This document shows, in pieces, positions 35,340 to 43,356 of a DNA stretch of 64,000 nucleotides. Every line of letters begins with the position of its first letter. The stretch's first letter is position 1. The notes below the pieces were generated by a model. It saw nothing but the letters and a program-made list of their open reading frames with translations, had not been told where the DNA came from and ran no database searches. Source of the stretch: Chloroflexota bacterium (GTDB lineage: Bacteria > Chloroflexota > Anaerolineae > UBA4142). The stretch spans positions 20,862 to 84,861 of the forward strand of contig JACRMI010000139.1 of the NCBI GenBank assembly GCA_016215025.1, given 5' to 3'. The translations under genes and the position numbers were made by a program.

Positions 35340-36250
35340 TTTTTCGATTGTCCGGCGCGAGTTCGCATCGCGCGGACTGAATCGTACAGCGCATCCTCCG
35401 GCGCAGCAAAGCGATCGAACCCTATCTTGGCGAGGATCGCGCGACCGGTATTGTCCGTGTGCATCGACAACAGCGCCGCACGCAACTGAGTTTTCAAGTC
35501 GGGGTCGAGATTCGGACTGACGACGAGCGGTGAACTGCCGTACGGTCCATAACGCGCAAGGATGCGCGTGCGCGCCGGCAGCGGCGAACCGGATGCGACG
35601 AGAAAGTCGAAAACCTGGTTATCTACCGTTGCGCCGTCCACCAAATTCTCCGCCACCGCTTTGATGGAATTGTCATGGCTGTACGTGAAAATGGTGCGAC
35701 TGAAAAACAGATCGGGCGTAGTCTTGAGCTGCAAAAGTTGATCCACCGCGACAAGTCGTCCGGTGTTTGAAAGCGGATCAGAGAACGCAAACGTCTTGCC
35801 GCGCAAATCGGCGAGCGATTTCGCGGGGCTATCGGAGGGGACGATCAAGTAAGCATAGTACACGATCTCGCCTTTTACTTCCGGTACGACGAGGGCTTGC
35901 ATTCCAAATTGCTCTTGCCCTTCGAGGTACGCGTTTGTGCAAACCACCGCCAGCGCCACGGTGCCTTCGCGCACCAGATTATTGATCTCGTCGTAGGTTT
36001 TGCCTTGCACAATCTGCGCCGGGCGATTTAATTGTTGCCCCAGATACGTGGCAAGGTCTTGATAGAGGGTGAGACTCGTGCGCGGCGAATAGACGGGCGC
36101 GATGGCGATTCGGAGAATGTCCGCGTTCACGGAGGCAACTGCTGGAGTCGGCGCGGACGTGTCCAAATCGCCGAGCCGCACGCGTGGCACGTTCGCTTCT
36201 GATGCACACGCTGTTAAAAAGATAAACCAGATCGCGAGGACATTCTTCAT
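35336..36250 (-). CDS. PhnD-family periplasmic oxyanion-binding lipoprotein (triplet 1)
   Basis: Lipobox FLTAC. Also LRIAIAPVYSP...Y..L..YL...L.RP...V...TY.E...L, the FTYSHDNSIKAV motif, and clear paralogy to 38849-39781. Start is ATG 36250, just after the RR2 stop (the ORF is open to 36277). Confidence 0.8.
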   Translation of the reverse strand: MKNVLAIWFIFLTACASEANVPRVRLGDLDTSAPTPAVASVNADILRIAIAPVYSPRTSLTLYQDLATYLGQQLNRPAQIVQGKTYDEINNLVREGTVALAVVCTNAYLEGQEQFGMQALVVPEVKGEIVYYAYLIVPSDSPAKSLADLRGKTFAFSDPLSNTGRLVAVDQLLQLKTTPDLFFSRTIFTYSHDNSIKAVAENLVDGATVDNQVFDFLVASGSPLPARTRILARYGPYGSSPLVVSPNLDPDLKTQLRAALLSMHTDNTGRAILAKIGFDRFAAPEDALYDSVRAMRTRAGQSKK

Positions 36251-36258
36251 TAATGTAT

Positions 36259-36918
36259 TTACTCTTCCATCATCCAACCGGCTTGAATTGCGTACCGTAC
36301 GAGCGCGGCGCGGCTTTTGAGACCCAGTTTTTCCATGCCGCGCGCGCGGTAGCTTTCGACGGTTTTGACGCTGAGGGCAAGCTGCTCGGCGATTTCTTGA
36401 TTCGTGTGACCCAGGGCGACCAGTTTCAAAACCGCGCCTTCACGTTCGCTCAGATCAATCGGCGCAGCATTCGATTCATTCGCCGGCAACATTCTATCCA
36501 GCAACACTTTGGTGTGCGAAGGATGGATGTACACATTGCCGCGCATCACCGCGCGAATCGCCGAAATCAGTTCGGCGTCGGCTGCGCTTTTGGGACAATA
36601 ACCCGCCGCGCCGGATTCCAATGCGCGTTTGAGGTATCCTTCCTCTTCGTGCATCGTCAGCACCAACACGCGCACATTCGGTTGAGCGCGGCGAACGTGT
36701 TGCAGCACTTGGAGACCATCGCTCTTGGGCATCGAAATGTCGAGGAGAAGCAAGTCGGGCGATTGCTCGCGGACAGCTTTGATGGCTTCGGCTCCATTCG
36801 TCGCTTCACCGACGACGATTAGATCGTCTTGCGCGTTCAGGAGCATTTTCAAACCGGAGCGCAAGACGGAGTGATCGTCGGCAATAATGATTCGCGTTTT
36901 ATTCATTGATTGGCTCAC
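36259..36918 (-). CDS. NarL/LuxR-family response regulator (triplet 2)
   Basis: Receiver domain with DLLLLDISMPKSDG. C-terminal LuxR HTH: LSEREGAVLKLVALGHTNQEIAEQLALSVKTVESYRARGMEKL. Confidence 0.9.
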   Translation of the reverse strand: MSQSMNKTRIIIADDHSVLRSGLKMLLNAQDDLIVVGEATNGAEAIKAVREQSPDLLLLDISMPKSDGLQVLQHVRRAQPNVRVLVLTMHEEEGYLKRALESGAAGYCPKSAADAELISAIRAVMRGNVYIHPSHTKVLLDRMLPANESNAAPIDLSEREGAVLKLVALGHTNQEIAEQLALSVKTVESYRARGMEKLGLKSRAALVRYAIQAGWMMEE

Positions 36919-38852
36919 TGAATCGGAATTTCCACAAACACGCTGCTGCCTTTACCCAACGTGGACTCGATCTTTAATTGTCCGCCGACGAGTTCGGCGC
37001 GCTCGCGCATCCCATGCAATCCCAGTTTCGTTTCATCTTGCGCCGATTCAAGAATCGCGCGCACGTCAAAGCCGCGTCCATCGTCTTCCACAATCGCGAC
37101 GACTGCCGCGCGTTTGCGTTCGACGACGATGCTGACGTTCTTGGCGTGCGCATGTTTGGCAACGTTGGTCAAGGCTTCTTGGATGATGCGATAGAGCGCT
37201 AGTTCGATTTCTGAAGTCAAACGAGTATCGTATTGGAAACCGGTCATTTGCAAATCCACGCCTAATCCATAGTTGGCGCGATAATTCAACGCATAGCGTT
37301 CAAGCGCGGCGGCGAGACCCAAATCGTCGAGTGCTGCCGGTCGCAATTCGCGCGCCAAGCGTTTAACTGATTCGAGCGTTTGCGCCGCAATTTCGCGGAG
37401 CGCATCCAGCCGCGTGCGTGTCGTCAGTTCGCTCGTATCGCCGGCAGCGCGCAAGCCGACCATCAACGATGTGATCGCCTGCCCGGTATCGTCGTGCAAT
37501 TCGCGTGCGATGCGTTTGCGTTCCTCCTCTTGTGCGCCGATCACTTTTTCGAGTAATTGTCCACGCACGCGTTCTTTCTCGCGTAGATCATCCCAGAGGC
37601 GCGCGTTCTCGACGGCGATGCCCAGTTCTTGTCCAACCGCTTCGAGCAGTTTCACTTCGTCCGGACTAAACGCATTCGCATCGCCGCTTGCCACACCCAG
37701 GACACCCAGCACGCGTTCGTGCGATACAATCGGCACGGTCACGTGCGAGGTGATGGTGCGCGCTTCACGCAAGGGACAGCGTTCGGGCAGAGGCGAAACG
37801 ACGACCGACTGTTTGTTCGTAATGGCGACGGTGCAAGGACAACCGTGCAAAGCCGTTTCCGCTTCGCGCAATCCGAGTTCGTGGGGCAAGCCGATCCACG
37901 TGGTCAATTCGATTTGTCCGCTTGCATGGTCGCGCAAAAAGGTCCAGCTCGCGGGCAGATCGAGCGAATCGAGCAATGCGCGTAAAGATCGGTCGAGTGT
38001 TTCGCCGAGTGGCGCGGGCGCATTCACCGCATTCGCCACTGCGTTCAGCGCGGCGAGTTCGCGATTGCGCCGCAAAATCGCGCGCTGGCTCGCATCCAGT
38101 TCGGTGGTCATGCGATTAAACGCCGTCGACAACTTGCCGATTTCGTCGTCGCCCCATTGCGGCGCTTGGCGTGTGAGGTCGCCGCGCGCAACCGCTTGCG
38201 TCACGTCAACCAGCGTCAAGATCGGACGCGTCAGAATGAGTGTGAGCAAATACGCTGCGCCCACGCCCAGAAGCGAAACCATCATCGTCGTCAAAAGCAT
38301 TTGCGAGGTCAGGTCGTTCACGGCGCGATGAACGCTGGCTTCGGTCAAACCGATGCGGGCAATCCCGGCGCGGCCCTCAAAGATCGGCACGGCAATATCG
38401 TGAATCACACCTTCGTCGCTTTGCAACAAGACGCTGTGAGCGCGCTCATCCGACGTCACGGAATTTTTCTCCGCCAGGCCGCGCGGGAATCCTCCATCGA
38501 AGGAATGAACCAAGACGCGATTGTTGGCGTCGAGGATAAAGGCGTAGCGCAGATCGGCGTTATTTTGAATTGTATCTTGGAGAAGCTCATGCAGAGCATA
38601 CGTGTTGTTGATGAGAATAAAATCGGTAGAATGCGCGGCGACATCGCGCGCGATCGAAACGCTGCGCTCTTGGAGTTGAGCGAGCAAGGCGTTGGTCATA
38701 TTGACGCGTACTTGCCACGTCGCGCCCAAGCCAAGCAAAAGCACCAAGGCGAGAACGATGCCCATGATCTTGGCACGAATGCTGGGACGGAGTAACCACG
38801 CGCGCAGATCGTGCCTCAGTTGTTGACTTTTCGAATCCTCGGGTTGAATCAT
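36915..38852 (-). CDS. NarX-type sensor histidine kinase, paralog of 33477-35339 (triplet 2)
   Basis: Same architecture as the triplet-1 kinase. HAMP motif (PILTLVDVTQAVARGDL). GAF with GCPC...(18)..C. H-box RIARELHDDTGQAI. 4-nt overlaps with both neighbours. Confidence 0.85.
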   Translation of the reverse strand: MIQPEDSKSQQLRHDLRAWLLRPSIRAKIMGIVLALVLLLGLGATWQVRVNMTNALLAQLQERSVSIARDVAAHSTDFILINNTYALHELLQDTIQNNADLRYAFILDANNRVLVHSFDGGFPRGLAEKNSVTSDERAHSVLLQSDEGVIHDIAVPIFEGRAGIARIGLTEASVHRAVNDLTSQMLLTTMMVSLLGVGAAYLLTLILTRPILTLVDVTQAVARGDLTRQAPQWGDDEIGKLSTAFNRMTTELDASQRAILRRNRELAALNAVANAVNAPAPLGETLDRSLRALLDSLDLPASWTFLRDHASGQIELTTWIGLPHELGLREAETALHGCPCTVAITNKQSVVVSPLPERCPLREARTITSHVTVPIVSHERVLGVLGVASGDANAFSPDEVKLLEAVGQELGIAVENARLWDDLREKERVRGQLLEKVIGAQEEERKRIARELHDDTGQAITSLMVGLRAAGDTSELTTRTRLDALREIAAQTLESVKRLARELRPAALDDLGLAAALERYALNYRANYGLGVDLQMTGFQYDTRLTSEIELALYRIIQEALTNVAKHAHAKNVSIVVERKRAAVVAIVEDDGRGFDVRAILESAQDETKLGLHGMRERAELVGGQLKIESTLGKGSSVFVEIPIQ

Positions 38853-39781
38853 TGGGCGACATTCACCTGCAATTCGAGCGCGCGCGCTGAATCGTAGATG
38901 CGATCAGAGACGAGAACGAATCGTTCAATCTGCAAGTTTCGCAAAATCGCCGTGCCTTCCGAATCGCTGTTCGCTTGCAACAAAAGTTCGCGCAGCGTTT
39001 CTTTTAATTGTGGACTGAGATTCGGATTAACCACAACGGGTGGAATGCCGAACGCCGGCGACCGATGAATGATGCGGGTGCGTTGTGCGATGGTCGAGTC
39101 GCGCGCCACAAAATAATCGTACACTAAACTGTCCACGCTCGCGCCATCGGCAACTTTGTTGGTCACCGCCTTGATTGCGTTGTCGTGACTGTAGGTGAAA
39201 AAGAGGCGTGCAAAAAATGCTTCCGGTGAACCGTCGAGGGAACGCACCAGTGAGGTGGGATACACGCGTCCCGTGAGTGACATGGGATCGGTGAAGGCAA
39301 ACACTTTGCTTTTCAAGTCGGACATTGAGCGGGCAGAACTATCGGTTGGAACGATCAGCAAAGAATAATACACGGTTTCCCCGTTGACCTGCGGCGCGAC
39401 GAGCAATTCCATACCGAAATCACGCTGACCGATGACATACGCGCTCGTGCAAACAAATGCCAAGTCGACGTCGCCGCTTTTGACAAGGTCATTCACTTCG
39501 GCGTAGGTCTGGCGCTGCACGAGCTGTACCGGGCGATTGAGCTTGTGACTGATGTAGGCGAGCAAGTCGCTGTAACTTTCGACGTTGCCTTTGGGCGAAA
39601 TAACGGCGGCGACGGCGACGCGCAGTGGCTTGGTGTCGTTGGGCGAGTAGGAACTGGTTGACGCCGGATCAATCTCGGAAAATCGAAAATCGGTCTTGGC
39701 TGCCGGATTGCTACACGCCGTCAGAATTAAAACAAGAAAAGCAGCGCACCAGGGTGTTCGGAAAAATAATAAATGCTTCAT
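38849..39781 (-). CDS. PhnD-family periplasmic oxyanion-binding lipoprotein (triplet 2)
   Basis: Lipobox ILTAC. LRVAVAAVISP, FTYSHDNAIKAV. Start MKHLLFF at 39781 has an AAGGAA SD (the ORF is open to 39832). Confidence 0.8.
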   Translation of the reverse strand: MKHLLFFRTPWCAAFLVLILTACSNPAAKTDFRFSEIDPASTSSYSPNDTKPLRVAVAAVISPKGNVESYSDLLAYISHKLNRPVQLVQRQTYAEVNDLVKSGDVDLAFVCTSAYVIGQRDFGMELLVAPQVNGETVYYSLLIVPTDSSARSMSDLKSKVFAFTDPMSLTGRVYPTSLVRSLDGSPEAFFARLFFTYSHDNAIKAVTNKVADGASVDSLVYDYFVARDSTIAQRTRIIHRSPAFGIPPVVVNPNLSPQLKETLRELLLQANSDSEGTAILRNLQIERFVLVSDRIYDSARALELQVNVAQ

Positions 39782-39927
39782 CGATTTAAATTCCTTGGTT
39801 TCTGGTCCTGATTGTCGCATGAATTGGCGCATCAGTCAAAATTGCGTGCTCGCTGTTTGCATTCTGGCATTTGGGGGTCAGAGTCGCGTCTCATTTCAGT
39901 CAAAAGTTCGTTAGCCATTTTTACAAT

Positions 39928-39956
39928 TTGACAAGCGGCGAGTTGGGCAATATAAT
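39928..39956 (+). promoter_or_regulatory. Consensus sigma-70 promoter of the ars operon
   Basis: TTGACA (39928-39933), an exactly 17-nt spacer, then TATAAT (39951-39956). It lies 43 nt before the arsR ATG. Confidence 0.7.
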
Positions 39957-39964
39957 TCAATATA

Positions 39965-39983
39965 GGTTGAATCATTTTCAACC
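39965..39983 (+). promoter_or_regulatory. Candidate ArsR operator (7-5-7 inverted repeat)
   Basis: ggttgaa tcatt ttcaacc lies directly downstream of the -10 box. An overlapping attcaa..ttgaat dyad is at 39956-39973. Confidence 0.5.
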
Positions 39984-39998
39984 CTCAAGGAACAAATC

Positions 39999-40361
39999 AT
40001 GGCTAAAATCGTAACCACTGATCTTGCCAATATTCTAAAGATTCTAAGCGATCCCTCGCGCTTGGCAATTTTCGATCTCTTGATGCAAGGTGTCCAATGC
40101 AACTGTGAATTGGGCGATCAACTCAAGCTGCCAATGAACCTGATCTCTCATCATCTCAAGGTATTGCGCGATGCGGGCTTGGTGGAGGCAGAGCGCGATG
40201 AAACCGACGCGCGCTGGATCTATTACTCGGTGAATCAAAAAGCGATTGAGCAATTGCGCCAACAACTCGATGCGTTTCTGGAGACCAAACGCATCCAACC
40301 GCGTCAACCTGCCTGTGGACCTCGGGTGACTAGCGAAAAAGCGATTGTCACCCGTCCGTAG
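39999..40361 (+). CDS. arsR: ArsR/SmtB-family metalloregulator
   Basis: wHTH: ILKILSDPSRLAIFDLLMQGVQCNCELGDQLKLPMNLISHHLKVLRDAGLV. The CNC motif sits at the position of the As(III)-binding CVC motif. Confidence 0.9.
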   Translation: MAKIVTTDLANILKILSDPSRLAIFDLLMQGVQCNCELGDQLKLPMNLISHHLKVLRDAGLVEAERDETDARWIYYSVNQKAIEQLRQQLDAFLETKRIQPRQPACGPRVTSEKAIVTRP

Positions 40362-40395
40362 TTTTTTTTGCTCGATTACTTCAATGGCTGTTGAA

Positions 40396-41142
40396 ATGAA
40401 ACGCACGAGTCTTTTTCTTTGCACTAGTAATTCTGCACGTAGTCAAATGGCTGAGGCACTGGTGAATCATTTACGCGGCGAGCGATGGCAGGCAGTTTCA
40501 GCGGGCACGCATCCAACGGGCTATGTTCATCCACTCGCCATCGAGGCGTTGAAAGAAGTCGGCATTGATGCGTCGGGCGCGCATTCCAAGTCAGCCGACG
40601 AATTTCGCAATGTGGCTTTCAATGTGGTGGTCACCGTTTGCGATAGTGCGGCAGAAGAATGTCCATTGTGGCTGGGACAAGGTAAGCGAACACATATTGG
40701 ATTTCCTGATCCCGCGCGTGGGACGCTGGAGGATTTTCGATCCGTTCGGGATGGCATGAAGCAGCAGGTGATTGAGTTTTTGGATTCGTTTGAACGGACG
40801 GACACAGACAAAAAATGTTTGAGCTCGCTAATGTCCATCTTTTACTCTCTGTTTTCGCAGAGAGCGAAAGGAGGTAAATCTATGGACATTCAAATTCTGG
40901 GGCCAAGTTGCGCGAATTGCCTCAAACTCGAAGTGCTCGTGATGGAGACACTGACCGAACACGACATTCGTGACGCGCACATCGAAAAAATCACCACGAT
41001 GCGGGAGATGGAACGCCTGATGGCGGGCGAGCCGCCCGGTCTCGTTATCAACGGGCAACTGGTTTGGTCCGGTGGAAAAGAGTTACCGACGCCGGCACAA
41101 ATTGCGGAATGGATTCGCGAGGCGACGGCAACGCCTGCGTGA
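40396..41142 (+). CDS. arsC: Arsenate reductase (LMW-PTP / thioredoxin-coupled type) fused in frame to a small thioredoxin-fold (MTH895/TM0996-like) domain
   Basis: P-loop LCTSNSARSQMAE. Redox Cys pair in VTVCDSAAEECP. C-terminal MDIQILGPSCANCLKLE... is paralogous to 44724-44975. An internal AAGGAGG sits 7 nt before in-frame ATG 40882. Confidence 0.8.
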   Translation: MKRTSLFLCTSNSARSQMAEALVNHLRGERWQAVSAGTHPTGYVHPLAIEALKEVGIDASGAHSKSADEFRNVAFNVVVTVCDSAAEECPLWLGQGKRTHIGFPDPARGTLEDFRSVRDGMKQQVIEFLDSFERTDTDKKCLSSLMSIFYSLFSQRAKGGKSMDIQILGPSCANCLKLEVLVMETLTEHDIRDAHIEKITTMREMERLMAGEPPGLVINGQLVWSGGKELPTPAQIAEWIREATATPA

Positions 41143-41224
41143 GAACGGAACAGTATTCCCGTGATGAAAGCGGGATGAAATGTCGCTTGATGTGACAGGT
41201 CATCCCGCTTTCCTTTTTGAGAGA

Positions 41225-41674
41225 ATGAAAATGATGAATGATTTGCAAGTCACTATTGATAAATTCGTTTTTGGGGTTGCGCGCGGTTATCGCTACAACG
41301 ATGCCGATGTGTGGGCAAAGCACGAAGGCAATCGAGTTCGTGTCGGCTTGACCGATTATCTTCAACAAAAATCGGGCGATGTCGCGTTCGTTAATTCGAA
41401 AGCAGTCGGCACACTGCTCGCCGTGAACGACGAACTTGCTGCGCTCGAAACAATCAAAGTGGACTTGGTCATCCCTGCGCCGCTCGCAGGTAAAATCGTC
41501 GCCGTGAATGAAGCGCTCACGGCGCATCCTGAACTCGTCAACAGTGACCCCTATGGCGCGGGCTGGCTCGTGGAAATCGAGCCGACGAATATCAACGATT
41601 ACGACGCGCTTCTTGATGCCGAAACATATTTGCCGCAGATGCGGACACGCGCAGAATTGGAACGTGAGAAATGA
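41225..41674 (+). CDS. GcvH-family lipoyl-carrier protein (lipoyl-Lys retained)
   Basis: VRVGLTDYLQQKSGDVAFV...LAALETIKVDLVIPAPLAGKIVAVNEAL..HPELVNSDPYGAGWLVEIE aligns with the GcvH core (ESVKA..PVSG.V..VN..L...PEL.N..PY..GW). Start uncertain (41180-41234). Confidence 0.75.
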   Translation: MKMMNDLQVTIDKFVFGVARGYRYNDADVWAKHEGNRVRVGLTDYLQQKSGDVAFVNSKAVGTLLAVNDELAALETIKVDLVIPAPLAGKIVAVNEALTAHPELVNSDPYGAGWLVEIEPTNINDYDALLDAETYLPQMRTRAELEREK

Positions 41675-42069
41675 ACAAGCATGTGATGATTGTGCCGTGC
41701 AGCGGTATCGGCAAAGCGTACGGGAGTGTCGGACGCGACGCGCTGTATCAGGTCATCGAAGAAATGCGCCCCAACGTGACCGCCACGGTTTGCCTTTCGC
41801 TATTGACGCTCGGCGATGCGGATGCGCAAGCGCAAGTGCGCGAGAGTCCGACCATTACCATTGATGGTTGTCCCAAAGCGTGCGCGAAGGTGAATGTCGA
41901 AGCGGCGGGTGGCAAGCCCGTCGCCGAATATCGCGTATTCGATGTCTATCGTGCGCATAAGGAATTGAAAGTACGCTCAGTGAGCAACCTGGGCAAGGCG
42001 GGTCACGAAATGGCACGCATCCTCGCGGAAGAAATCGCGACAAAGGTGGACGAGATCAGTCAACAGTGA
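41671..42069 (+). CDS. DGC-domain (putative zinc-binding) protein
   Basis: VMIVPCSGIGKAYG..., ...CLSLL..., TITIDGCPKACA: the Cys pattern and DGC motif of the DGC family. 4-nt overlap with the GcvH-like gene. Confidence 0.7.
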   Translation: MNKHVMIVPCSGIGKAYGSVGRDALYQVIEEMRPNVTATVCLSLLTLGDADAQAQVRESPTITIDGCPKACAKVNVEAAGGKPVAEYRVFDVYRAHKELKVRSVSNLGKAGHEMARILAEEIATKVDEISQQ

Positions 42070-42119
42070 ACTGTTTACTGTTGACTGTTCACTGCCCACA
42101 GATCACCGGGAGATAAACA

Positions 42120-42821
42120 ATGCCAATCTTGCCGAAGAAAAAAGTCGGACTCATCAGTTGCAGCGGCGAAGAGTTGCCCGCAGGCACGCTCTCACGCATG
42201 GCGACGCTACGCGTATTGGAACAACTACGCCCAAACGATACCGTGACGTTGTGTCTACCGCTCTTTCTCGCGGGCGATGACAAAGAGCGTGCGTTTGCCA
42301 AATTCTATTCAACCATTGCGATTGATGGCTGCGATAAACAGTGCGCCGCGCGCGCAACGGAAAAATATAGCGCGAAACCGACTACAAGCATCATCATCCC
42401 TGAATTTTTGGCGGAGCAAGATTTAGCTGCCCCGAAAACGCGGCGACAGATGGACGCCGCCGGTGAGAGCGCGGCAGATGCGCTCGCGGCAGAGATCGCA
42501 CGCAACGTTGATGAAATCCTTGGCGTGAAACCTGCCGCTGTTGTTGACACCCCCATCACGGAAAGCGAAGGCGTCACCGCGACGTGCAGTTGCGGATCGG
42601 GTATTCCGGTGATGCGCCTGGACATTGCGGGCAAGGGTGTGGAAGTAGTGGCCCTGCCGTTGATTTTTGAAGAGTCGCACAAGGATGGCAAATCGCCTGA
42701 GCAGGTGTTCGACGCGGTCAAGGTTTACAACGTGATTCCGATTGAACTGGAATCTGCCTATCGCGAAGCCATCTTACGTGCTTATGCCGAGTTTGTTCCT
42801 TCGGAGAAACACGTGGAATAA
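42120..42821 (+). CDS. DGC-domain protein with an extra C-terminal CxCG domain
   Basis: VGLISCSGEELPAG, CLPLF, TIAIDGCDKQCA. The C-terminal ~78 aa starting CSCGSGIPVMRLDIAGKGVEVVALPLIFEE... is homologous to the 47334-47645 product. Confidence 0.7.
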   Translation: MPILPKKKVGLISCSGEELPAGTLSRMATLRVLEQLRPNDTVTLCLPLFLAGDDKERAFAKFYSTIAIDGCDKQCAARATEKYSAKPTTSIIIPEFLAEQDLAAPKTRRQMDAAGESAADALAAEIARNVDEILGVKPAAVVDTPITESEGVTATCSCGSGIPVMRLDIAGKGVEVVALPLIFEESHKDGKSPEQVFDAVKVYNVIPIELESAYREAILRAYAEFVPSEKHVE

Positions 42822-42822
42822 A

Positions 42823-43353
42823 ATGCTGCTACAGAGTTATCATCTTAATGTTTTTGCGCCGCCGTGCGAGCCGGGCGCGGAACGGTGGAGCGTCAAAGCC
42901 GCGCTCGATGACGACATTGGTGACGTGTTGCCGTATCTTAATGCAATGCTCAAAGGCGCAATCTACAACCACGCGGCTCACGCGTTAACCTTTCGGATGG
43001 GTGGGCACGCGATGGCAATTCGCCCGCGCGAAATCGCAATTAGCAATCTGCGCGATCAGAATGCGGCGGCGACCGAGGTGCAACATGTCGTAGACATTAT
43101 CAATCGCACCTGGGATCGGCGCACGGAAATTACGCCCAGCATCGAAATGCGCCAACGCCTCAAACCGATGAATGTGTTCAAACTCTTACCTGCAACGAAT
43201 TGCAAGGCATGCGGACAACCGACGTGCTTTACGTTCGCGCTCAAAGTAACGGCGGGTGAAGTTGACATCGAACAATGCGCGTCGCTCTTTACGGAGGCGT
43301 TTCGCGACAAGCGCGAAAAAATGATGTTGCTTTTGGAAAGTAGTGCAAATTAA
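42823..43353 (+). CDS. Fe-S-binding protein with C-terminal RnfB/AcsC-type Cys motif; paralog of 50601-51158
   Basis: LLPATNCKACGQPTCFTFALKV...C matches the putative Fe-S domain (CxxCGxxxCxxFA) seen at RnfB/CFeSP N-termini. ATG 42823 is 1 nt after the previous stop. Confidence 0.65.
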   Translation: MLLQSYHLNVFAPPCEPGAERWSVKAALDDDIGDVLPYLNAMLKGAIYNHAAHALTFRMGGHAMAIRPREIAISNLRDQNAAATEVQHVVDIINRTWDRRTEITPSIEMRQRLKPMNVFKLLPATNCKACGQPTCFTFALKVTAGEVDIEQCASLFTEAFRDKREKMMLLLESSAN

Positions 43354-43356
43354 ATT

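Noticed and set aside
37414-38795. 305-aa and 212-aa + strand ORFs
   Set aside because: They are antisense to the second sensor kinase gene and have Ser/Arg-rich shadow composition.
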